Positions 43,677 to 53,603 of a DNA stretch of 64,000 nucleotides are shown in pieces (the first letter of the stretch is position 1; each line of letters begins with the position of its first letter). Origin of the DNA: an uncultured delta proteobacterium (GTDB lineage: Bacteria; Myxococcota_A; Polyangia; Polyangiales; Polyangiaceae); the NCBI GenBank assembly GCA_963696385.1, contig CAVOKF010000005.1, positions 1,344,001 through 1,408,000 of the forward strand, given 5' to 3'. Both the position numbers and the translations under genes were made by a program. The notes under the pieces were generated by a model. It searched no databases, had not been told where the DNA came from, and worked only from the letters and a program-made list of their open reading frames with translations.

Positions 43677-44551
43677 ATGTCCTCGCGCGTCTCCGAACGT
43701 ACGGCTCGCTGGTCGCGTTTGCGCACACGGTCTTTGCGATGCCCTTCGCCGCAAGTGGTCTCGTGCTTTCGCTGGCCGTACCGCACCGACCCATGACCGC
43801 TTGGCGAATTGCGGAAATGGTCGTCTGCATGATTTGTGCGCGCACGAGCGCGATGGCATTCAACCGTTGGGCGGACCGCGACGTGGATGCCCAGAACCAG
43901 AGGACCCGAGGGCGGCATCTGCCGACCGGGACGGTTCGTCCCGGCGAAGCGCTCGCGCTCTCGGTCGTCGCCGGGATCGGCTTTCTCGGGGTCGCCGCAC
44001 GGCTTGGTTTCTGGCCCGGAGTTCTTGCGCCTTGGGTGCTGGCGATTCTGCTGGGGTACTCTTACGCAAAGCGATTCACGTGGGGAGCGCACGCCTGGCT
44101 CGGCGTCGCGCTCTCATTGGCGCCAGGAGGCGTGTGGGTAGCCATGGGGGCGCGGCCCGGCACCGGCATTCTGCTCCTCATGGCTGGGGTGGTGACTTGG
44201 CTGCTCGGGTTCGACGTCCTCTACTCGCTGCAGGACGAGGCGTTCGACCGCCGCGTGCAGCTGCACTCGATTCCAGCCAGGTTCGGCATGCGCCGCGCGC
44301 TCGATATCAGCGCGGCCGCTCACGTCGTTACGATCGTGGCCTTCGCGGGCTGTGGTATCGCGCTGCATCGTGGTGTCCCCTACGGCTTCGGGGTCGTCAC
44401 GTGCGCCGGATTGCTCGTATACGAGCATTGGCTTGTGCGGCGTCGGGGCCTTTCGGTTATCGACCGCGCATTTTTCGACGTCAACGCATGGGTCAGCGTC
44501 GCGTTCTTCGTCCTCGTTGCGATGGACGAAGTGGCACGCCGATCGAGCTAA
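43673..44551 (+). CDS. ubiA: UbiA-family polyprenyltransferase (MqnP)
   Basis: AHTVFAMPFA, ARTSAMAFNRWADRDVDAQNQRT, YSYAKRFT, FDVLYSLQD. Confidence 0.92.
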   Translation: MNVLARLRTYGSLVAFAHTVFAMPFAASGLVLSLAVPHRPMTAWRIAEMVVCMICARTSAMAFNRWADRDVDAQNQRTRGRHLPTGTVRPGEALALSVVAGIGFLGVAARLGFWPGVLAPWVLAILLGYSYAKRFTWGAHAWLGVALSLAPGGVWVAMGARPGTGILLLMAGVVTWLLGFDVLYSLQDEAFDRRVQLHSIPARFGMRRALDISAAAHVVTIVAFAGCGIALHRGVPYGFGVVTCAGLLVYEHWLVRRRGLSVIDRAFFDVNAWVSVAFFVLVAMDEVARRSS

Positions 44552-44844
44552 ATCGTTTCGGGCCAGCTGCGCGAGTAACGAGTTACGCGGGGTCCGTCTT
44601 CTAAGTCCGGCGGATCCATCCGCGGGCGCGCTTGTGCTTGCGGCGAGTACAGCGCGGCGATGAACGGGAGATGAACTGGCATTATCCTGGTACGCAAACG
44701 GACCACGAGCCTTCCAGTCGCGTTGTTCTTCCCGGGCTCCCCCGCGTACCTCCAAAGCCGCTCCCGCGGCGTTGCGAGTGGCACGTCCCGCAAGAACCAT
44801 CGCACTTATGGATTCGCGCGACTTGCGGAGTGGACCCCTAGTAC

Positions 44845-46305
44845 CTAGTGCGTCGAGCACTTCATCAGGCACATCAGGTCGCCGTTGCAACCGCAGTCGT
44901 TGCCCGCTTTCTTGGCAGCAGGCGGGGCCGGAGCTGGAGCCGCGACAGCGGCTGTGTCGCCGGCTGCGGGGCTGGCGCCTGCCGGCCTAGTGGGTGCCGG
45001 TGCATGGATGCTGACTCCGCCGCCTCCGGGGTACGCTTTTGGCTTGGGGAACGCGGAGGCCGAAGAAACTGCCGAAGCGGACGGGATTGCGCCCGCCGCC
45101 GCTGTTGCAGATTCCACGGGGGCGCTCGCGGTCCCGGTCGGAGCTGGGATCGCGGACGCGGTCGCGCTCGCGGCGGTGACGCTGCTTCCGCCGGCGATCT
45201 TGGTGCCAATTGCGATGCCGGCGCCCAGAAGGAGAGCGACGAGCGCGCCGCCGCCGACGACCAGTGGCAAACGGCTTTTCGGCCGGTCGCCGAGCGGCGA
45301 TGCGACCGCACTTGTCGGCACGCCGAGTGGCGGCATGGCGCCGATCGGGGGCGAAAACACCGCGGCGTCGGCCATCCCGACGGGCGGCCGCATCGATTCC
45401 GTCTTGGCCGCCAGCGCCTTGAGGTCGATGAGACCCGAGTCGTCATCGGCAGCGGCTTCCGCTCTATCCACCGTTGCGCGATGTTCCGCCGTCTTCGTAA
45501 GAACCGCGAGTGAGAATAGAACGGAGTTCTCGTTGCGCTCGCCTGGACGTTTGCCGGACCCGTCATCGAGCAGCGCAATGGCGGGGCCTTGGGTCGCCGC
45601 CACCGCGGTTTCGGGGAAGCCACGCAACTCGTCCGGGCTGATCTTGGAGGCGAAGAGATCTCGCGCGCGGGTTTCGCGTTTGACGACGGCCGCCCTCTTC
45701 GGCTCAGTTCGGGCCGTCGTGGTTTCCGGCGCTGTCGTCGTCGGCTCGGATGCGTCGGCTACCGCACGAGAGTCGTACACACGCGTCGCGTCGCGCCCGT
45801 CGTCTTCCTCGACGGCACCTGCCTGCCCGGGATCCGCAGCGTGGGCGGTGTGAGGGTCGCGCGCGAACCCATTATTGGCAACGGCGCTCGAGGGTGGCGA
45901 CGCTTGGACGGGCGGCTCTTGGACCTGGAGCGCGGAGACAACCGCGTCGACTTCCGCGAGCGCCTTCCAGTCGTCCATTCCGTCGGTCCAGATGAAGGTG
46001 TCCTGGGTGACGACCGCGGAGTTGTACGCGTCGACGAGCTCGTCGAGGCTCATGGTTCGCTGATCGTTCTCTGCGACGTTGACGTGCCAGGGCCGAGGGT
46101 CGATAGGTTCCCGCTTGCCTTCGCCCGACGTGCGACTTCCGCCGCTCGGCACCGGCGCTACCGATCCATTGGCCGCAGCCTGACCCACCCCATCGACGAC
46201 GATGGTCGATCCACACTTTCGGCAACGTATCTTGACGATCTTGCCTTGGACCTTCTCGTCGGCGACGTTGTACTTGGACTGGCACGACTTGCAGGTGATC
46301 TTCAT
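44845..46305 (-). CDS. Zinc-ribbon (MJ0042-type) + GYF_2 domain membrane protein with C-terminal Cys motif
   Basis: MKITCKSCQSKY...IRCRKCG; DTFIWTDGMDDWK; TM segment; terminal DCGCNGDLMCLMKC. Confidence 0.85.
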   Translation of the reverse strand: MKITCKSCQSKYNVADEKVQGKIVKIRCRKCGSTIVVDGVGQAAANGSVAPVPSGGSRTSGEGKREPIDPRPWHVNVAENDQRTMSLDELVDAYNSAVVTQDTFIWTDGMDDWKALAEVDAVVSALQVQEPPVQASPPSSAVANNGFARDPHTAHAADPGQAGAVEEDDGRDATRVYDSRAVADASEPTTTAPETTTARTEPKRAAVVKRETRARDLFASKISPDELRGFPETAVAATQGPAIALLDDGSGKRPGERNENSVLFSLAVLTKTAEHRATVDRAEAAADDDSGLIDLKALAAKTESMRPPVGMADAAVFSPPIGAMPPLGVPTSAVASPLGDRPKSRLPLVVGGGALVALLLGAGIAIGTKIAGGSSVTAASATASAIPAPTGTASAPVESATAAAGAIPSASAVSSASAFPKPKAYPGGGGVSIHAPAPTRPAGASPAAGDTAAVAAPAPAPPAAKKAGNDCGCNGDLMCLMKCSTH

Positions 46306-46538
46306 GTGAGCCCGATGGGTGCGAAGCAGTGTACCTCGATGGCCGTTTTCCCGCCTGCTTTTGAGCCTCGGGAAGAGGCCGGGAGCGCCGACGGCGGTCG
46401 CTATCGAGTCGGACGACGGCGGTCGCCGTCGTGCACCCGGCAACGCAGCTCTCCGCAGCGTTGAGGTGGGCCGTGCACGAGGCTCGACGTGGATCGCCGC
46501 CAACGATCGAGCTTCCGGTCGGCGCCGCCGGGTCGGAG

Positions 46539-47682
46539 CTACCTTCTCGACGCCCCTCTGAGAATCGTCACCGCGCAGGAATGTGGCCTCGCCCTGGAAT
46601 TTCGCGGCGAGCATCGGGCCTTGCGGCTCCGCGCCGGCTGCGCCTGCGGGGGAAGGCTCGGCTGTGGGTGACCGGAAGAACATCGCGACTCGCTGTTCAA
46701 GCGTGGCCTTGCGTGGCAGGAACTCGCCACGCACGAGCTCCGTCTCCCCTTGTGCCTGTCCATCAAACTGTTCGAGCGTCCCACCTTTCGGCACGCCTTG
46801 GAGCTGCGTTTCCTTCGTCGCGGCATAGACCTGTGTGCTGACCGTCAGGCTGACCCGTTCTCCTTCGATGCCCTTTACGCGGAAGGCACGGTAAGCAATG
46901 ACATCCACCCCCCACCATGGCATTCGCGTTTCGGCGATCCACTGAGCGCCGACGCCCACGGCTTTCGACGGTAACGGTACGAGCAACAGCATCAGCGCCT
47001 CGGCGGCGTTTTTGGCCATCGTCTCGAGATCCGGACGGGTCGCTTTGCCGAGGAGGACCTGCTCTTCGCTCGTGCGTCCGTCGGGTGTGACTTTCACCCG
47101 GATCTCCGTCCCCTCGAGCGACGCAATTTCCCTTTCGGTCCCGGGCGGAAGCTCGCCGTATTGCTCCTTGGCGGGAATCGCCTTGCGGATGTCTGCCAAG
47201 AGCCAGTCGCCACCGCTGTCGTCTTTCTTGGCAGCTCCGAGGGCGAGGGTCATGTCCACCGTCGGCAAGGCCGCGCGCGGCCCCATTTGCGTGGCGACTT
47301 CGAGGATCGCGCTTCCGGTTGAGAGCCTGCGGGCCACATCGGACGGTACATTGTTCGGCGCCGCTAGGTTTACGCGCGGTTCGTCACCGTCGTTGACGAG
47401 ATCGACTGTCGTCGCTGCGCCCTTCGGGTGGCGTTGATCTGCGGCACCGGCGGCGAACACCCCTTGAGCCGGGGGCCCCCGATCGGCCGTCGAGGAAGAC
47501 GTGGCCGCGGCCTGCAGGGCTTTCTCCAGTTTCGGATCGGCCGTTGCGTATTTGCCGGCCCCGGCCTCCGCGCGCGCGGACCCCTCCGAAGACGGTTGCT
47601 TTTTCTCTTCGCACCCCGCGGCGAGGACCAGGATGGCTGCGGCCTGAGCAATGACCACCAGTCTGCGAATCGAGCGGCGCAT
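46539..47682 (-). CDS. Hypothetical lipoprotein (+1 frameshift near 46563 hides its stop)
   Basis: Lipobox LAAGC; beta-rich body PLPSKAVGVGAQW. Removing one base gives ...GDDLRGASRR* at 46539. Confidence 0.7.
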
Positions 47683-47860
47683 AGACGCTCATTTACCATA
47701 CGCAGCTCTGACGACACGCCGCCCGCCATCGAGCGGGCACGCTGCTGACTCATGCAGAACGGCGTGCGTGTCACACGGGCCGCTCGCTGGCCGTTCTTAT
47801 CCCTCGGTAGGCGCTTCCAGCGCGGACTGCCCTTGCCTCGCACCCCTACGCGGGGCGTGC

Positions 47861-48517
47861 TTACGCCTCGGTCGGAGCCCCAACGGGGCACGCGACGCCC
47901 GTTCCGCCCGATCCGCAATACCCGCTCGGGTTTTTAGCCAGGTATTGCTGATGATAATCCTCCGCGTAATAGAACTCTCCTGCGGATGAGATCTCGGTGG
48001 ATATGGCACCGTAGCGCGCGTCCTTCAGTCGCTTTTGATAAGCGTCGCGGGAGCGGGCGGCCGCGATGCGCTGAGGCTCATCGGACACATAAATGGCGGA
48101 TCGATATTGGGTTCCGACGTCGTTGCCCTGCCTCATGCCCTGCGTCGGATCGTGGCTCTCCCAAAAGACGCGCAAGAGATCTTCGTACGCGACCTTGGCG
48201 GGGTCGAAGACGACGCGAACGACCTCGGCGTGGCCCGTTTGGCCCGTGCACACTTCACGATACGTGGGGTTGGGCGTGGAGCCGCCCGCGTAGCCGACTT
48301 GGGTCGAGAAGACACCCGGGATCTGCCAAAAGTCCTTCTCGGCTCCCCAAAAGCAACCCATTCCGAAGATGGCCTGCCGCAAATCAGGGGGAAACGGCGG
48401 GATCGTGGGGGTGCCCAAGACGAAGTGGCGATCGGCCACTCGCACGCGTTGAGGACGGCCTGGTAGGGTGTGTTCGGCGGGCGTCACGGTCGACTCTCGG
48501 GTTCGTGTGGGAGACAT
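47861..48517 (-). CDS. msrA: Peptide methionine sulfoxide reductase MsrA
   Basis: [39 protein letters not shown]. Confidence 0.97.
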   Translation of the reverse strand: MSPTRTRESTVTPAEHTLPGRPQRVRVADRHFVLGTPTIPPFPPDLRQAIFGMGCFWGAEKDFWQIPGVFSTQVGYAGGSTPNPTYREVCTGQTGHAEVVRVVFDPAKVAYEDLLRVFWESHDPTQGMRQGNDVGTQYRSAIYVSDEPQRIAAARSRDAYQKRLKDARYGAISTEISSAGEFYYAEDYHQQYLAKNPSGYCGSGGTGVACPVGAPTEA

Positions 48518-48684
48518 CGTAGCCGTTAGCTGTCCTTAGCGCGCGGGAGCCTGGGGGCAAACGGACCGCGGGACGATCGCTGTACGAACGGATTCGGCCG
48601 CCGAGAGTTCACACGGCGATCGGCTCGCTCGCTATGGCCGTTGCGCGGATCGTGCGAACGGAAAGAGCCGCGGATCTTGGGGCC

Positions 48685-50025
48685 TCATGGCACGACCACT
48701 GTCGGACACGATGGCGTCGGTGGAATTCGAAGGGGGGGATTGACGCGCGCCCTCTCGGGCCTTCCCCACGCCGCGAGCAAGGCGAAGTGCTCGAAGGCGC
48801 ACGGGGTCACCTCCGCGGAACGGACGTCGTCCGCGCGCATCTCGAGGCCACGCGCGATCTGCGAATCGCGGCGATCCCAGTCCGTTCGCCCGGGGCCCGC
48901 GCTCCAGCGACCCGCAAGCGAGCCGAGCCAGACTGCTGCGGCGGTCACGACGCAGACCGCGCCGGCGAGCCGAACGCGGGATTGAACGGTGCGTGCCGCG
49001 AGCGCGGTCGAGTCGGTACCGATGCCTGCGACGACCCACCAGACGGGCGAGAGGGCTCTGGCTGGGTGGTGGGTGGGCGCGCCATCGCGTACGTCGCCGA
49101 TTACGAGAAACGCGACGATCGCCACGATGGCAACGACGGTCCAGCCCCACCGCGCGCGCAGCGAGGAGTCGACGCAGAGGGCCCAAAGCGCAACGGCGGC
49201 GCACCCCGCCAGCTCCGGAGTCTCGGTGGCGAGAGCCCGTGGGAAGCCGAGCAACTTGTCTTGCACCGGAATCTGCGCGGCACCCATGGCGCGCCGAAAA
49301 GCGCTGACACGAGCGAGAAAATGCAGCGGATTGCCGTGCGCGTAGGCATTCCAGACCATCCACGATACCGGGCCGGAGATGGCGACCAGAGCACATGCCA
49401 TCTCACGAACGGCGGCGCGGCCGGAAGAACCGCGAGCCCGGGCGAGACACAGCGCCGCGAAGACCGCGGCCGCAGGCCAGGCTTCGTAGCGTGACAGCGA
49501 CGTCACCAGGAGCGCCCCCGCCGCCACCGGACGCGCTCGATCGCTTGTCATGCCCAACAGTGCGGCTGCGACGAGCGCTCCCGTCCAACCCTCTGGAACC
49601 GTCGCTACGCCGAGCCACGCGTTCCAGGGCAGCGCCATCGCGATGGCCGTTCCGGTCCATGCCGCGGCGCGATCGACGCGTACGGCGCGCATCGCGAGAT
49701 ACGGGGCGGCAACGCACGCGGTCCCCATGACGATCGCAACGGCGCGTGCGACTGCCAGGCTTCGCCCGAACAGGATCATCGCAGCGCCCTCGATCCAGAA
49801 GGGCAACGGCAACCAGCTCGTTCCGCTCGGGTCGAGTCGCGGCGCGTGAGCGAACTGTTCGGAGATCACGGTGCGGGCGTAATCGTCGTCCGAGACGTGC
49901 GAGAAGCCGCTTCGCAGCACGGTTGCGCTGACGGCCAGTTTGAGCGCGTAAAGCAGCGCAACATCGAGGAGTGCGCCGCGCGACCCGCGCTCGTCGGCAG
50001 GCCGAGCGCGGACGTCGCTCGTCAC
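48685..50025 (-). CDS. Polytopic membrane protein, possible GT-C-fold glycosyltransferase
   Basis: Many TM helices; acidic SDDDYAR in the first loop; WLPLPFW and RYEAW motifs. Confidence 0.6.
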   Translation of the reverse strand: MTSDVRARPADERGSRGALLDVALLYALKLAVSATVLRSGFSHVSDDDYARTVISEQFAHAPRLDPSGTSWLPLPFWIEGAAMILFGRSLAVARAVAIVMGTACVAAPYLAMRAVRVDRAAAWTGTAIAMALPWNAWLGVATVPEGWTGALVAAALLGMTSDRARPVAAGALLVTSLSRYEAWPAAAVFAALCLARARGSSGRAAVREMACALVAISGPVSWMVWNAYAHGNPLHFLARVSAFRRAMGAAQIPVQDKLLGFPRALATETPELAGCAAVALWALCVDSSLRARWGWTVVAIVAIVAFLVIGDVRDGAPTHHPARALSPVWWVVAGIGTDSTALAARTVQSRVRLAGAVCVVTAAAVWLGSLAGRWSAGPGRTDWDRRDSQIARGLEMRADDVRSAEVTPCAFEHFALLAAWGRPERARVNPPLRIPPTPSCPTVVVP

Positions 50026-50384
50026 TTTCCGTCGGCGCCGGGAGCCCCCTCGGGCGCCGCACTGGTCTTGGGCTTGGCCTTGATTCGCGTGCCCTCGTTA
50101 CCTTTTCCTTTGCGCTGCTCTTCGACGATGCGTTGCTTCATCGCACGATCGCCCGAAGAGGACAGGTAGGCCAGCGAGACGCTCGTCAGCATAAAAATAG
50201 CCGCACACACGGCCGTCGCTCGGGTGAGAATGTTGCCGGCTCCTCGCCCGCCGAAGACTTGCTGCGTGGCTCCGCCGCCGAACGCGGCGCCCATTCCCCC
50301 CCCTTTGCCCTGCTGCAAGAGGACCACAAACATCAAAAAGCAGCAGACGAAGATATGGACGATGTCGAGCAGGGTGATGACCAT
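50022..50384 (-). CDS. secG: Preprotein translocase subunit SecG
   Basis: VLLQQGKGGGMGAAFGGG...FGGRGAGNILTRAT. Confidence 0.96.
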   Translation of the reverse strand: MVITLLDIVHIFVCCFLMFVVLLQQGKGGGMGAAFGGGATQQVFGGRGAGNILTRATAVCAAIFMLTSVSLAYLSSSGDRAMKQRIVEEQRKGKGNEGTRIKAKPKTSAAPEGAPGADGK

Positions 50385-50403
50385 GGCGAGTGAGCCTCGA
50401 TGG

Positions 50404-51205
50404 CTAGCGCAATTGCGGTCGGGTCGCTTCGGGCCGGGCTGCTATCGATTCGGCGGCACGAGCGATGGGACCGAAGTGTGCGACGTCGAGACTCGCCCCG
50501 CCGACCAGCGCGCCGTCCACGTCGGGAGCGCTCAGGAGAATCGACGGCATTGTCGGGCTTCACGGATCCACCGTAGAGGATGCGAGTCCGATCTGCGAGA
50601 GCCGCGGAGGAGCCTCTCAGCCACGATCGGATGGCCTGATGGACCTCTTGCGCCTCGGCCGGCCCGGCGTTTTTCCCGGTCCCAATCGCCCACACCGGTT
50701 CGTATGCGATGGCGACGTCGCTTGCGGCGTCGGCGATCAAGCCGAGGAAAGCTCGAACCTGCCGCTCGACCACTTCGAGGGTACGGGCGGCGTCGCGTTC
50801 TTGCAGCGTCTCGCCGACGCAAGCGATGGGCACCAGACCGTGTCGCAGAGCGGCGGCGACTTTTTCAGCGACGAAGGCGTCCGTTTCGCGGAAGTGCTGC
50901 CGCCGTTCACTGTGGCCTACGATGACCCAACGGCAACCGGCCGCAACCAACATCGGCGCACTGATTTCGCCGGTGAATGCGCCCGACTCTTTCGGGTGAA
51001 GATTTTGCGCCGCAATCTGAACACGACTTCCGTCGCATTCGTGAGCGCAGGCGGCCAGAGTGGTGAACGGTGGCGCGATCACCACGTCGACGCGGGGCAA
51101 CGCCGCCGCGAACCGCACAACGGCCATCGCAAGGTCGACCCCGGTTGGTCCTCCGTGGTGCATCTTCCAGTTGCCCGCAACGAGCGGGCGACGGTCGCGA
51201 TTCAA
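50404..51205 (-). CDS. tpiA: Triosephosphate isomerase (+1 frameshift near 50540)
   Basis: AGNWKM, GAFTGE, GHSERR, AYEPVWAIGTG, YGGSV; the off-frame continuation gives DVDGALVGGASL. Confidence 0.95.
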
Positions 51206-52413
51206 GTGCCCTCCGACGAGCGCAACACCTCGATGCCCGGCAGCTTCTTGCCTTCAATGAGCTCGAGCGATGCGCCGCCACCCGTCGATATGTGTTTCAT
51301 CTTCTTCGCGATGTCGCCTCCCGCTGCGTTCACCGCTGCCGCGCTGTCGCCGCCGCCGACAACCGTAAACGCACGCGAATCCGCCATCGCACGGGCGATG
51401 GCGAACGTCCCGTTCGCGAAGGGATCCTTCTCGAAAAGCCCCATGGGCCCGTTCCAGAATATGGTTTTTGCGGCGACGAAAACCTTCGAAAACAGGTCGA
51501 CACTTTTCGGTCCAATGTCGAGCGCCATCGTGCCCTGCGGCACATCGTCTACGCTCACCGTCCGTCCACTGACGGCTGCGGTGCTCGCGGCGACGACGAC
51601 GTCGACCGGAAGAAGAACCTCGACCCCTCGCTCTCGTGCCTTGTCGAGCAACGATCTTGCCAGTGGCAGCTTGTCCGCCTCGACGAGGGACGCCTGCATG
51701 TTTTTGCCGCGCGCCGCAAGAAACGTGTTCGCCATCGCTCCCCCGATGACGAGTGAACTGACTCGCTCGAGGAGCGACTCCACGACGGCGATCTTGTCGC
51801 TGACCTTGGCCCCACCGAGCACTGCGACGTACGGCTTTTCCGGGGTCGTGATGATGCGGCCCAGCGACGCTATCTCCTTCTCGAGCAAAAACCCGCAGCC
51901 GCGGTCACGGAAAAGCTTCGCGAGCCCGTACACGCTCGCGTGGGCTCGGTGGACTGAACCGAACGCGTCGTCGACATAAGCATCGGCCAGCGACGCGAGA
52001 TCGCGGCAGAACGCCTCGTCGTCCTTCTCTTCTTCGGCGTGAAAGCGGAGATTCTCGAGCAGGCACACTTGGCCGCCGCGCAAATCGTAAACGACCTTTT
52101 TCGCGGAATCGCCGATGCAATCGTCGGGCAGCGAGACCTCCTGTCCGAGCAGCTCGGCGAGGCGCTTGGCGCAAGGCTCGAGGCTGAACTTGGGGTCGGG
52201 TCCCTTCTTCGGACGGCCCAGATGGCTTGCGCAGACGAGCCTCGAGCCGCGTTCGAGTGCGTGCTGGATCGTCGGAAGGGCCTCGCGGATGCGCGAGTCG
52301 TCGGTGATCGTGCTGCCATCGAGCGGCACGTTGAAGTCGACGCGCAAAAAAACGCGCTTGTTCTCGATAGGCAGGTCCCGGATGGTCCGGATCCCTTGCA
52401 ACGGGTTGCTCAT
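51202..52413 (-). CDS. pgk: Phosphoglycerate kinase
   Basis: RVDFNVP, SHLGRP, LLENLRF, GGAKVSDKI, STGGGASLE. Confidence 0.98.
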   Translation of the reverse strand: MSNPLQGIRTIRDLPIENKRVFLRVDFNVPLDGSTITDDSRIREALPTIQHALERGSRLVCASHLGRPKKGPDPKFSLEPCAKRLAELLGQEVSLPDDCIGDSAKKVVYDLRGGQVCLLENLRFHAEEEKDDEAFCRDLASLADAYVDDAFGSVHRAHASVYGLAKLFRDRGCGFLLEKEIASLGRIITTPEKPYVAVLGGAKVSDKIAVVESLLERVSSLVIGGAMANTFLAARGKNMQASLVEADKLPLARSLLDKARERGVEVLLPVDVVVAASTAAVSGRTVSVDDVPQGTMALDIGPKSVDLFSKVFVAAKTIFWNGPMGLFEKDPFANGTFAIARAMADSRAFTVVGGGDSAAAVNAAGGDIAKKMKHISTGGGASLELIEGKKLPGIEVLRSSEGT

Positions 52414-52438
52414 TGGGGGCGAGGTCTCCGGTTCCGGT

Positions 52439-53455
52439 TCAAAGCTTCGAGGCGACGAGCTGAGTCAGCTCCACCATCCGATTCGAGAAGCCCCACTCGT
52501 TGTCGTACCAAGAAAGGATCTTCGCGAACCTCTCACCGAGTACCTGCGTCAAGGTCGCGTCGAAGATCGAAGAATGGGGGTCACCGATGAAATCACCCGA
52601 AACGAGCGGGATGTCCACGCAAGCGAGAATTCCCTTCATCGGACCTTCGGACGCCGCCTTCATGGCCGCATAGATGGCGTCCTTGGTCAGGGGCTTCTCG
52701 GATTCGAAGGTCAAGTCGACCACACTGACGTCCGCGGTTGGCACGCGCATCGCCTGCCCGTCGAACTTTCCCTTGAGCTGGGGGATGACCTCCGACAGGG
52801 CTTTCGCCGCGCCAGTCGTCGATGGAATCATGTTCACGGCGGCGGCGCGGGCCCGACGTAAATCGCCCTTGCGATGGGGGATATCGAGCACCGCTTGGTC
52901 GTTCGTGTACGAATGGATGGTGGTCATCAAACCGCGCTGAATCCCGAAGTTGTCGAGCAGCACCTTCGCCACGGGGGCAAGACAGTTGGTCGTGCACGAT
53001 CCGCACGAGATGATGGTGTGCTTCGCGGGATCGTAGACCTCGCTGTTTACGCCCAAGACCACCGTGGCATCCTGCCCTTTGGCCGGCGCGCTGATGACGA
53101 CCTTTTTCGCGCCGGCGCTCAGGTGGCCCACCGCCTTTTCCCGGTCCGTAAAAAGGCCGGTGCATTCGAGAACCACGTCGACGCCCAAGTCCTTCCACGG
53201 CAGCTTGGCCGGGTCCTTCTCCGCCACGACTTTGGGACGAAAGGCGCCGAAGTCGATCGTATTTTCCAGCGCCTTGGACGGATGCTCCGCGCGGCCGTGA
53301 ACACTGTCGTAATTGTACAGGTGCGCGAGGGTCTTCGCGTCCGTGAGGTCGTTGATCGCGACGAGGTCGAGATCCTTCACCTTGCGCTCGGCGATTGCAC
53401 GCACGATGCACCGGCCGATGCGGCCAAACCCGTTGATGGCGATCTTGGTGGACAT
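52439..53455 (-). CDS. gap: Glyceraldehyde-3-phosphate dehydrogenase type I
   Basis: INGFGRIGR, SCTTNCLAP, WYDNEWGFS. Confidence 0.98.
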   Translation of the reverse strand: MSTKIAINGFGRIGRCIVRAIAERKVKDLDLVAINDLTDAKTLAHLYNYDSVHGRAEHPSKALENTIDFGAFRPKVVAEKDPAKLPWKDLGVDVVLECTGLFTDREKAVGHLSAGAKKVVISAPAKGQDATVVLGVNSEVYDPAKHTIISCGSCTTNCLAPVAKVLLDNFGIQRGLMTTIHSYTNDQAVLDIPHRKGDLRRARAAAVNMIPSTTGAAKALSEVIPQLKGKFDGQAMRVPTADVSVVDLTFESEKPLTKDAIYAAMKAASEGPMKGILACVDIPLVSGDFIGDPHSSIFDATLTQVLGERFAKILSWYDNEWGFSNRMVELTQLVASKL

Positions 53456-53485
53456 GATTGGGCTGCTCCTGAGCTGAGGAACCCA

Positions 53486-53514
53486 ACGCTAGTCCCGCCC
53501 TTGTCGCCGAGCAA
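53486..53514 (-). promoter_or_regulatory. Putative sigma70 promoter of gap-pgk-tpiA-secG
   Basis: Minus strand TTGCTC-N17-TAGCGT upstream of the AGGAG RBS. Confidence 0.4.
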
Positions 53515-53603
53515 GGCATCGCCCCGCCCGTTCTTGCCGATCCGGCCTCCCGGATGGGTGATCGTGCGTGGTGCAGGGGACTCGTGGTGCAGTGGGGTTG
53601 GCG

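Noticed and set aside
44548..44805. 85-aa minus-strand ORF or possible ncRNA between convergent ubiA and the zinc-ribbon gene
   Set aside because: No RBS, motif or recognisable RNA structure that I can support.
44845..47682. 945-aa ORF appearing as a lipoprotein-zinc-ribbon fusion
   Set aside because: The join reads as off-frame Arg-rich junk, and an exported lipoprotein fused to cytoplasmic domains is topologically implausible. One extra base at 46562-66 hides a stop at 46539, and the second gene has its own ATG at 46305.
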